The notes below the pieces were generated by a model that was not told where the DNA came from, searched no databases, and was given only the letters and a program-made list of their open reading frames with translations. DNA of 64,000 nucleotides from Octopus vulgaris. Its lineage: Eukaryota. Positions 39,201 through 51,763 of this stretch are shown in pieces (within the stretch, counting starts at the first letter, position 1; each line of letters opens with the position of its first letter). The position numbers and the translations under genes were made by a program. The stretch lies in the NCBI GenBank assembly GCA_951406725.2, contig OX597828.1, forward strand, positions 68,138,001 to 68,202,000, in the 5' to 3' direction.

Positions 39201-42200
39201 AACAACCTTCATTTGTTTAATATCCAGTTTCTCGTGCTAGGATGGGGAGGGCAAATACATATCGAAATATTTTTTTTTACAGCTTTATGCCCTTTTTATT
39301 GTTAATCTTCTCATTTTACAAGCAAGGAACCTTTTATTCCATCCACATTCGAAAGCATAGAACCCACTGGACGATTGGTGACAGAGAATGTCAGCAAACA
39401 TGCAAAACAAGGAATCCAAACATTAACACACATACGCATGCATGCACAAACACACACCATGGAAATCTGTACAGTTACTATACACTAATTCCACTCAGAA
39501 GGCATCAAGACATTGATAGGCTCCATAAGAGACACTTGCCCAAGGTGCCACACAGTGAGATTGAACCCAACATGCAGTTGAAAAGCAAGCTTCTTATCCA
39601 CACAGCCATGTCTTCTTTTCACAAATTTTTCCAAGGTGCCTTCCTTCACGTAAAAAGCACCTGCCGATTGTGGCCACTGCCAGCCTACCCTGGCACCCGT
39701 GCCACGTACAAAGCACCATCCGTACACAGCCAATGCCAGCGCCACCTTGACTGGCTTCTGTGCCGGTGGCACGTAAAAAGCACCAACCATTCCTGGCACC
39801 TGTGCCGGTGGCACGTAAAAAGCACCATCCGTATGTGGCCGATGCCAGTGCTGCCTTGACTGGCTTCCATGTCGGTGGCACGTAAAAACGATAAAAAGCA
39901 CCCACTACACTCACGGAATAGTTGCTGTTAGGTAGAAACGTTAGCACACCAGGTGAAATGCGTAGCCGTATTTTGTCTGCCATTACATTCTGAGTTCAAA
40001 TTCTGCCGAGGTCGACTTTGCCTTTCATCCTTGGGGGTCGATGTAATCGACTTAATCCATTTGTCTGTCCTTGTTTGTCCTCTGTGTTTAGCCTCTTGTG
40101 GGTAGTAAAGAAATATATATATACACACACACACACACATATATATATATAAAGAGAGAGAGTGTGTGTATGTGTGTGCGCATAGCTAAAACATACCATT
40201 CTATTATTGCATGTGTAATGAATAAAAGATTGGAGGATGTCTGGCAGGCAATCTTATGTTAAATTGCACACAAACTGTTTAATCAATATAAGAAAGGTGT
40301 CATCCACCAAGGAAAAAGTAGAAACATTAGCTCAGCCCTCAGCCATGCATGTAGCCATCTTCAGAGTTGCAGAGTTAAGGTAGAGCAAACATTTTTTGCA
40401 TGAGAAAGTCAACACTAGAATGGAGGTTTCCATTGACATTTGCACTGCAATTTTACACACACACACACACTTGTATGTAAAAGTGAAATAAACGCACAAA
40501 GTCTCATTTATATGCATTTAGTTTCACTGAGAAACAAAGTCCTATGCACACACACATACACATATATCACCACTACCATCATTTAGCATCCATTTTCCAT
40601 GCAGGCAGGTGGTACGTAAAAATCACCGACCGATCGTGGCCACTGCCAGCCTCCCCTGGAACCTGTGCCGGTGACACGTAAAAAGCACCCACTACACTCT
40701 CGGAGTGGTTGGCATTAGGAAGGGCATCCAGCTGTAGAAACTCTGCCAGATCAAGATTGGGGCCTAGTGCGGCCCCTGGTCGAACCGTCCAACCCGTACA
40801 GCATGGAAAATGGACGTTAAACGATGATGATGATGATGATGCATGGGTTAGACAGTTTGACAGGATCTGACAGGTCAGAGAACTGTGTCAAGCTCCAAGG
40901 TCTGTTTTTGGCATAGGGGTCTAACAAAATGTCCTTTCTAACACCAATCACTTTACAGAATGTATTGTGTCCTTTTTCATATCTCCAGCATTAGCTTACA
41001 AAGCTAAATCCCTTGATTGAGAATGGTGTAGAATTGTGGGTGGTGGCTTATGCCAGGTGTTAAGAGGCAAGAGTATATAATAGGATAGGTAGGGTTATCT
41101 TGCTTTAAAGGATAAACAAATAAGAGCTGGCAACAAGAAAGGCACCCAGTCATAGAAAATCCATCCGACTCATGCAAGCATGGAAAAGTGGATGTTAAAT
41201 GATGATGATGATGATGACATCTGACTGTATGCATGTCTGATTGAGCAGTTAAGAAATTTGCTCCAGAATCATGTGACACTGGCTTTGACCCCCACCACAT
41301 GGCATTTGGGGGTAAATATCTTCTATCACAGAGTCAGGTCGACCAGAGATAGAAACTCTGGAAACTCATTTGACAACCTGTAATTTAAAGATCCAATCTT
41401 GTTACACACTGCATCACATTGATTATATCTGAGTATTATGTTGAGAGTAGACATCTGCGGAATACTCAGCCACTAATTAATTAAATAGGGAGGCAATCCA
41501 ATTGGTTGAACTGGGTTAAGTAGAGTTGGAATTGACAGAGGACCCATTAACTTTATTTATGTGTGTGCATGTGTGTGTGTGTGTGTATGTACGTATGTAC
41601 ATACGTACTGAAAAGTTCCTGGCTTTAACCCTTTTGATACCAACCCGGCTGAAACCAGCTCTGACTCTGGGTACAAATGTCTTGTTTTCATAAATTTTGA
41701 ATAAAAATCTTCCACCAAACCTTAGTCGCAATTTATGTTCCTAACACTAGCTGAATGATAACTAAGTTATTTTACTAAATTCTTTGTTATATTTAAAATT
41801 AACTGAAAGAAACACAGAGCATCTCAAAATAAATACAGTAACGAAAGGGTTAAGGGTATTGCAAAAGGGCTGGTTGGAAGCCCAACCTTCCAAGTTCTTT
41901 TACAGGGTTTAGAAAACCTGAAGGACCGCTGCGACAAGTGTGTGAATCTGAGAGGGGAACATGATCCTCCTGTATTTTCTTTGATCCAAAGCCAGGAACT
42001 TTTCTGCCCCTGCTTTTATATCTGTGTATGTCCATGAGAATGTACTTATGCATCTGTGTATTCAGATATGGCTTTGAAAACATTTCTTAAACAGGGGGAC
42101 ACACACATGTGTATATTTTCTTTTACGGTTTTTACTGGTTTCAGTCATTTGAATGCGGCCATGCTGGAGCACCGCCTTTAGTCAAGCAAATCGACCCCAG

Positions 42201-42662
42201 GACTTATTCTTTGTAAGCCTAGTACTTATTCTATCAGTCTCTTTTGCCGAACCACTAAGTTACAGGAACATAAACACACCAGCATCGGTTGTCAAGTGAT
42301 GTTGGAGGGGGGGGGGGACAAACACAGACACACAAACATATATAAACATACATATATATGATGCGCTTCTTTCAGTTTCCATCTACCAAATCCACTCACA
42401 AGGCTTCGGTCAGCTATAGTAGAAGACACTTGCCCAAGGTGCCACGCAGTGGGAGTGAACCCGGAACCATGTGGTTGGTAAGCAAGCTACTTACCACACA
42501 GCCACTCCTGCGCCTATACACACACACACATATATATATATAAGTACCATGATGCAAAAAGGAAAAACAGTACTCAAAGTCTGAGTACATTTAGCAGAAG
42601 CAACAGAGTTTGTTAAGTGCCAACACAAGAAACTCTCAACTCGAGTCACACTTGCTTCTACT

Positions 42663-42698
<36 letters not shown>

Positions 42699-45600
42699 GA
42701 AATGTTTAAAATGCTGCAGTGAATATACTTTTGTGGCCACTTCACCATTTTGCTGCCAACACCATTCTATTAACAGAAGAGCTCTATTGAAATAATTATT
42801 TCCTGTCATTCACATGCTGCAGCTCTCACTCCCGGACACACTATAACACTAAACATCTGCTAGAAATAGCAGTGAATCCTGCCTCAAATTACATCCCATG
42901 CATTCATTTTCATCATCATCATCGTTTAACGTCCGTTCTCCATGCTAGCATGGGTTGGACGGTTCGACCCGGTTCTGGGAAGCCAAGAGGCTGCACCAGG
43001 CTGCAGTCTGATCTGGCAGTGTTTCTACAGCTGGATGCCCTTCCTAACGCCAACCACTCCGTGAGTGTAGTGGGTGCTTTTTACGTGCCTCTGGCACAGG
43101 TGCCAGGGGAGGCTGGCAACGGCCAAGATCGGTTGGTGCTTTTTACGTGCCACTGGTACGGAAGCCAGTCAGGGTGGTGCTGACATCGACCACGTACAGA
43201 TGGTGCTTTTTACGTGCCAGGGGAGGCTGGCAACAGCCACGATCGGTTGGTGGTTACGTCAGGTTTTCTTTTCTTTTTGTCCAAGCTAGCAAGTGTTTGA
43301 TGCCAACATCCTGTTTGATCAAATAGTTTCATGCAAAGAAGCAGAACGTAAACAAACATTCACAGGCATATATGCATGTGTGAACATGTGTGTGTGCATA
43401 TACATATACATTTTTTATCATCATCATCATCATCAACATTTACTGTCTGTTTTCCGTTCAGTAAAAGAGACCAATAGAATAAGTACTAGGCTTTACAAAA
43501 ATAAGTACTGGGGTCAATTTGTTTGACTAAAAGTTTTGAAAGCGATGCCCCAGCATGGCCACAGTCTAATGACTGAAACAAGGATAAAAGATACATAAAT
43601 ACACACATGCATATGGCTTCAAAAGAGGAGGGACACATTGGCTACTGTTTTGTTTTCATGTTGTGGTTGTTGTAACAGTTCAACTCAAAGTTGGCTCTAA
43701 TCGCTCAAGTGTGATTCATACCACTCCAATCAAGACCATCCCAACATTTTCACAAACATAGTGTATCTAGGACTTCATTGTCCAGTATGTTTCGATAAGA
43801 TTGTAGAATGTCATTTGGAGGGGATTTCATCATCATTGTCATTTAATGTCTGTTTTCCATGCAAGCATGGGTTGGACATCTTGGCAGGAACTGGCAAGGT
43901 CAGAGGCTGCACCAGGCTCCATAATCTGTTTTGGCTTGGTTTCTATGACTAGATGCCCTTTTTAACACCAACCATTTTAGTGTACTGGGTGCTCTTTACA
44001 TGGCATTTTGGTTTTAGGATTTCTCTCTCTCTCTATTATCATCATCATTTAATATCCACTTCCGTGCTGGCATGGGTTGGACGGTTTGACAGGAGCTGGC
44101 CAGGTAGAAGACTACAACAGGATACTGTGTCTGTTTTGGCATATCTTTTACAGCTGGATGCCCTTCCTAACATCACCTGTTGAGGTCAGTTTTGGCATGA
44201 GTTTTACAGCTGGATGCCCTTCCAAATGCCAACCATTTCACAGAGTGGACTGAATGCTTTTTATGTGGCACCAGCACTGGCAGGGTCACCAAGTAACTTG
44301 CAAGACAAGGAATTTTTGAGAGGGAAGAGGTTCATTGGAAGAGGTGATCGTGTCAGATAACAAAAGGTTAGAGTGTGACACAGAGAGACAGAAACAGGTG
44401 TCTTAATATAGAGGAGGTACATGGTTACCTAACCAGAGAGAAATGTCCGATGGCATCACTTTGTCTCCAACAATTTGGTGCAACACCAGTGCAGAATCAC
44501 ATCCTCCAACAAGTCATCCTAACGAGACGTCTGCATTGGCTGGGTCATGGCCTCTTTCGTCAACCAGGAGAATTCATCTATGAAGCAATTGCCCCAGCTC
44601 CCCTTTAGGGTTGGCGAAAGCGATGTGGTGGACAAGGAAAAACCTGGCTGATGACAGTCAAGGCTGATCTGGAACCCAACCTAGGCCCCCATGTCTATGG
44701 CGTTCACTGCTGGAATAAGGAGTGGTTGGAGATCACGTGGTCGTTAGCCTCAAATCGCCAGGCCTGGTTGGCATTAGTGAGAGATGCAGCATTGAGGATG
44801 AATGCTGTCTCAAGTCAACCAGAGAGAGAGAGAGGAAGAAAGAAAGAGAAGGGGAGGGAGAACAACAGAGGTAGTCTTAATCTCCAAAGTAAAATAATCA
44901 CCACTTAAAAGTGGATGTTGTGTTAGAATACTGCAATATTTACCAAAAAGAGAAAACTCTCATATGGGAGCAGATTTGGAAGACAGAAACTAAAAGAAGC
45001 CCATCATCATCATCGTTTAACGTCCGTTTTCCATGCTAGCACGGGCTGGACGGTTCGACCGGGGTCTGGGAACCAGGAGGCTGTACCAGGCTCCAGTCTG
45101 ATCTGGCAGTGTTTCTACGGCTGGATGCCCTTCCTAAAGCAACAACCACGATCAGTTGGTGCTTTTCACGTGCCACCGGCACGGAAGCCAGTCAAGGTAC
45201 AGATGGTGCTTATCTATATAATATGTATGCATATGTGTATACTTGTGTGTACTCATGTCTAGATATGTGATAGTTGCAAATGAGCATCATCATCATCATC
45301 ATACAAGGGTGGCTGTTTGTTTCCAGTTTTCTGTGAAAACATATCTGGCTACGAGAAAATATTACCTTGTTTGGAAACGGTTATGGGCTAGTGACAAGAA
45401 AAGTATCTAGCCATAGAAATCCATTTTAACCCATAGAAACATGGAAAATTATGATGAATGAATGAAACACACACAAGAAGGGCTTCTGTAGTTTCCATTT
45501 ACCAATTCCACTTACTAGCTACAATAAAAGACATTTGTCCAAGGTGCCAGAGTGAGATGGAATTTGAAACCACAAGGTTTTGAAGTGACCTCCCTATCCA

Positions 45601-48600
45601 CACAACTACACTCGCACCTATTTCATCTTCAAAAATGTAGTCCTTGATACACTATGACAATATAAAATACAGGTTGACCTCCCCCAACTGGAATCTGTTT
45701 TTGATTACACGTCAGCTGAATCAAGCTGACTCTGTTGCTCAGCAACGAAGAGTACATTAGACAATGTAGTCCTAGGTACACTATGCCTAAACAGAAAATA
45801 CAGGATGGTCATGGGTGGAGCACTTTCGCTTAAAGAGCGACTGAATCAGGGCTGACCTGCAAAGGTGGGATACATAAACAACAAAGAAACAAACAAAACC
45901 AAACATACAACATAAACAAACAAGGCTGACAAACAATACAAATATCACTGGGAAATGGCATGAATATCACAACTTCACCTCCAAATCCATAGCCTGTACT
46001 AAATTAAAGAAATCAATTCAGCCATTGATTTAACAGAAAAAGTCAACTTATTGATTTTCTATTATATAAACATATATGCACAAAATGTTGCTTAGTACCA
46101 AGAAACCAGAGCCAATGATAAGTACTTCCAGCTGTGACCACCCAGCTGTTTCCTTTGTTGATATGTAGGTGGCGAGCTGGCAGAGATGCTTAGCGGTATT
46201 TTGCCTGTCGTTACGTTCTGAGTTCAAATTCCGCCGAGGTCGACTTTGCCTTTCATCCTTCCGGGGTAGATAAATTAAGTACCAGTTACGCACTGGGGTT
46301 GATGTAATTGACTTAATCCATTTATCTGTCCTTGTTTGTCCACTCTGTGTTTAGCCCCTTGTGGGTAGTAAAGAAATAAGTATGTAGGACTCAGCTTCTA
46401 CATTTAACCTTAGCTCCACACCTCCACATTAGTCTTTAGGTGGTGTCATTAGAAGTGATGTGTACCACCCTTCCACTAACTGAGACAATGAGATACTCTC
46501 TACATAGTTGCACAAACTGCAAGCATTAGCAGCCTGAGATCCTAAAACCAAGGTGCCATATAGAAAGCATTGGTGTGGGTGCTGGTTCCATGTAAAAAGC
46601 ACCCATTACACTCTGTAAAGTGGTTGGTGTTGTTAGGAAGAGCATCTTAGTCATAGAAACCAAGCCAAAACAGATTATGGAGCCTGGTTTGACTTCTGAC
46701 CTTGCCAGTTCCAAATGACATTCTACAATCTTATTAAAACATACTGGACAATGAAGTCCTAGATACACTATGTTTGTGAAAATGTTGGGATGGTCTTGAT
46801 TGGAGTGGTATGAATCACACCTGAGCGATTAGAGCCAACTTTGAGTTGAACTGTTACAACAACCACAACATGAAAACAAAACAGTAGCCAATGTGTCCTC
46901 CCGCTTTTGAAGCCATATGCATGTGCACAGGTGTATTTACATCGAGGTCAACTTTGCCTTTCATACTTTCGGAGTCGGTTAAATAAGTACCAGTTACGCA
47001 CTGGGGTTAATGTAATCGACGTAATCCGTTTGTCTGTCCTTGTTTGTCCCCTCTATGTTTAGCCCCTTGTGGGTAATAAAGAAATAGGTATTCTAAAAGC
47101 TAACTACTCTATACATCTACCAGGGCTTATAGTATCCACTTCTCTCCTGGTCAGGATACCATCACTACCTTCTTTGTAAGACTATGATACCTTGAAATTG
47201 CCAAGCATATGTATATATGTAAGAAGCACAAGGGCTAGGAGGAAAGCGAGTAGATGGTCAAGATCACTGTATAAGGGAGGGAAAGATGCAAAGAAGGAAT
47301 GAAAAAGGGGTTTCTCATTGATTGGAACTGAGAGCACACACAAAAATACAAATAGAAGCAATCCACCCACACATGGTTCAGAAGCTGCCACCTAAGTTGG
47401 GTGAGAACATCCCCTAAATCCAACTGACCACCACTTCCTATACTGAGTACTGTGTTGAAGGGTGACTAGAAGCATCTCCCATCCTTGGTTCATGCTGTAA
47501 TAAAATTGCTGTTGTTCCAGCCAGAGTTCTATAATTTCTGTTTTAGGACATGCATGATTGTGTGGTTAAGAATTGCTTCCCAACTATATGGTGTTGGGTT
47601 CAGTCCCACTGCATAACATCTTAGGCACAGGTTTTCTCTTGTAGTCCCTCACTAACATACATGTTGTGAGCAGATTTCGTTGATGAAAATGGAAAAAAGC
47701 TTACTGTATATGTATATTCGTGTGTATATGTGTGCATGCACTTAAGTTCCCATGTCTTGACTTCATCTGATAATTGTAAATGAGCATCACTGTCATACAA
47801 GCAGTGATGTTTGTTTTCAATCTTCCATGAAAACAAGTTCACCCATGGAGAAATATTACCTTGCTTGGAGACAGGAAGGGCATTTGGCTGTAGAAAATCT
47901 GTCTCAACAAATTCCATTTAACCCAAGCAAACATGGAAAAGTGGACACTAAATGATGATGACTATCAACCACCAGTGTCTCCATCAGAACTTGGTGCTTC
48001 CCATTGTGTCTTATACAGTTTTGATTTGAAAACATACCCTTCCTTTTGTGTTTTTTATTTCATTTATTCATTTTAGAGTGTAAGCATCCTTAGAGAAAAG
48101 TTAGGCATAAGAAGCATCAGATGTGGTGTGCAAGAGAGAGGACTGTGCTTATATGGTCATGCGATGCATATGGATGAGGACAGCTGTGTGAAGAAGTGTC
48201 GCACTCTAACGGTGGAAGGAAGTTGTGGAAGAGATAGACCCAGAAAACATGTGACAACGTGGTGAGGCACAATTTTCAAATGTTGGGCCTCACAGAGGAA
48301 ATGACAAGCAACTAAGACCTTTAGCGATACGCCATGCTTGTGAAGATCTGTCAAGCCAAGTAAGAGCGTAGTCTTGGCCGATGCCAGTGTCACGTAGCTG
48401 GCCCGTTAAAAGCACCCTTGAAACTTTGGGAGATGTGCTGTGCTTCTAAAAAACCTGTTGAGCCGAGTGAAATCATAGTCATGACCAATGCCAGTGCCGT
48501 CTGACTGGCACCCGTGCCGGTGGCACATAAACAGCACCGTTTGAGTGTTGGACCTCATGGAGGAAGTGACAAGTGACCAAAACATTTGGTGATGCACCAT

Positions 48601-51303
48601 GCTTGTGTAGACCTGTCAAACCAAGTGAGACCATAGTTGTGGCCGATGCCAGTGTCAGGACAATGACACCCATGCTGGTGGCATGTAAAAACACCCACTA
48701 CACTCACAGAGTGGTTGGTGTTAGGAAGGGCATCCAGCTGTAGAAACCTTGCCAAATCAGATCAGAACCTGGTGCAGCTCCCCAGCTTACCAGTTTTCAG
48801 TCAAACCATCCAACCCATGACAGCATGGAAAACAAACATTAAATGATCGCGATGAGGATGATTTTATCATCATCATCATTTATTCCATTCTGGCATGTAT
48901 CGGCTGGTTTGGCAGTTTAAATATTACCTTGCTTGGAGACAGGAAGGGCATTTGGCTGTAGAAAATCTGTCTCAACAAATTCCATTTAACCCAAGCAAAC
49001 ATGGAAAAGTGGACACTAAATGATGATGACTATCAACCACCAGTGTCTCCATCAGAACTTGGTGCTTCCCATTGTGTCTTATACAGTTTTGATTTGAAAA
49101 CATACCCTTTCTTTTGTGTTTTTTATTTCATTTATTCATTTTAGAGTGTAAGCATCCTTAGAGAAAAGTTAGGCATAAGAAGCATCAGATGTGGTGTGCA
49201 AGAGAGAGGACTGTGCTTATATGGTCATGCGATGCATATGGATGAGGACAGCTGTGTGAAGAAGTGTCGCACTCCAACGGTGGAAGGAAGTTGTGGAAGA
49301 GATAGACCCAGAAAACATGTGACAACGTGGTGAGGCACAATTTTCAAATGTTGGGCCTCACAGAGGAAATGACAAGCAACTAAGACCTTTAGCGATACGC
49401 CATGCTTGTGAAGATCTGTCAAGCCAAGTAAGAGCGTAGTCTTGGCCGATGCCAGTGTCACGTAGTTGGCCCGTTAAAAGCACCCTTGAAACTTTGGGAG
49501 ATGTGCTGTGCTTCTAAAAAACCTGTTGAGCCGAGTGAAATCATAGTCATGACCAATGCCAGTGCCGTCTGACTGGCACCCGTGCCGGTGGCACATAAAC
49601 AGCACCGTTTGAGTGTTGGACCTCATGGAGGAAGTGACAAGTGACCAAAACATTTGGTGATGCACCATGCTTGTGTAGACCTGTCAAACCAAGTGAGACC
49701 ATAGTTGTGGCCGATGCCAGTGTCAGGACAATGACACCCATGCTGGTGGCATGTAAAAACACCCACTACACTCACAGAGTGGTTGGTGTTAGGAAGGGCA
49801 TCCAGCTGTAGAAACCTTGCCAAATCAGATCAGAACCTGGTGCAGCTCCCCAGCTTACTAGTTTTCAGTCAAACCATCCAACCCATGACAGCATGGAAAA
49901 CAAACATTAAATGATCGCGATGAGGATGATTTTATCATCATCATCATTTATTCCATTCTGGCATGTATCGGCTGGTTTGGCAGTTTCTAATGGATCTAAG
50001 GACTACATCATGCTTCAGCGTCTACTCTGGCATGGCTTCTAAGGTTGGATGCTCTTCCTGGTGCCAACCACTTTACAGAGTATGTACTAGATATTTTTAT
50101 CATGCCACCAGCACAATCGATGTAGCTTGCAGTACTCCAAACCCAGAAGAGATGTTATACTAAGAAATAAGTGAGCTAATACATGAGAGAAAGGACCAGA
50201 ATGGGTTTCTTGCAGTAGAATAGCAACACAACAACTCACATTTTAGAAGAGAAGATAGGGCTGACGAACCAGATGGCTGCACCAGGCTCCAATCTTGATC
50301 TGGCAGAGTTTCTACAGCTGGATGCCCTTCCTAATAGAGTGGTTGGCGTTATGAAGGGCATCCAGCTGTAGAAACTCTGCCAGATCAAGACTGGAGCCTG
50401 GTGCAGCCATCTGTCAAAATCGTCCAATCCATGCTAGCATGGAAAGTGGATGTTAAATGATGATGATGATGATAGGAGTGATCAGGTAGAGCAAGAAAAA
50501 AATAAAAATAGTAGCAGAAAGATATCTCGATGACTCCTCAATGTATACAGTGAGTAGAAGTGAATGGGGAACTGAAAAACCAATATATGTCCTGTGGTTC
50601 TTTTTGGCTTGTCACCCCAGCAAAACTACTATAAAAATTTTCAAGTGTCAAGGCATGAATGTCTGTCACTTTCCCTACTGTTAATTTTGTTTTCAATTTT
50701 TAGAATTTCATTTGGTGTGTAAGTGTTACCACCTCTGCGGAAGCATCTTCTTACTACCACCTCAACGGATGCCATGCTTAGTCTTTTTTCTCATCCAAAT
50801 GGGAGACAAAAACAGTCCCTCAACTCTACATATGTAAATCACTTCACATGAACACAGCAGGGAAAAAATACAAAATTCATAAAGTAACCCAATAACTTTT
50901 CTTAAACACAGACCCACCATTGGTAACATTAAATATTCACTTCAAATTTTGGCACAAGGCCAGCAAGATTGACCCCTGTGTTCAACTGGTACTTATTTTA
51001 TCAACCCTGAAAGAATGACGTGGGCAGAATTTGAACTCAGAACGTAAAGACAGATAAAATGCCACTAAGCATTTAGCCTGGCATACGAACAATTCTGCCT
51101 TAAGTAATTCTAAATGATAATAAAGGATTCCAACCAACAATTTTGAGTACTTGACTGGTTCTTCATTTTATCAACCCAGAATGGATAAAAAGGCCATGCT
51201 GACTTGGGTAGGACTTAATCTAAGATTCCAGACCCCGGTCCAACCGACCAACACGTGCTAGCATGGAAAACCCGACGTTAAACGACAATGATGATGATGA
51301 TGA

Positions 51304-51337
<34 letters not shown>

Positions 51338-51720
51338 ATATATATATATATCTATATACATATACATATTAGTGTGCATGTGTGTGAGAGAGATAAAAAC
51401 TAAAAGGAGACAAAAATGTGGAAGTAAAATGGAGAGAAAAGAAAACAGATCAAAGTGTTAGAAATCTGAAGAAAAAAAAAGCCAAACATGGTTGGAATTG
51501 AACATCAGAGTAAAATGCAAAAAGGAGGAAATTGACAAAACTTAGAGAAAAAAGAGAGCAAAAACAGAAGGGTTTCTGTAATAGACGTTAATGTACCAAA
51601 GATTGTTCTCAATGTGAACAATCAACTATTTTCCTACAAATATTCACTCCCTGATGCTGCTCAGCTGTAAAGCAATTTGAGATACTTTAAACTTGACAAA
51701 TGTTAAAGGAATACACAAGC

Positions 51721-51763
<43 letters not shown>

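Noticed and set aside
39242-39859. Longest track ORF (205 aa)
   Set aside because: Runs through a microsatellite, a SINE and RTE sub-repeats; no recognisable domain or splice context.
39700-39900. CRISPR-like repeat/spacer pattern (gtgccggtggcacgtaaaaagcacc)
   Set aside because: Eukaryotic context, spacers are related to each other, no cas genes; these are internal tandem units of a retroelement 3'UTR.
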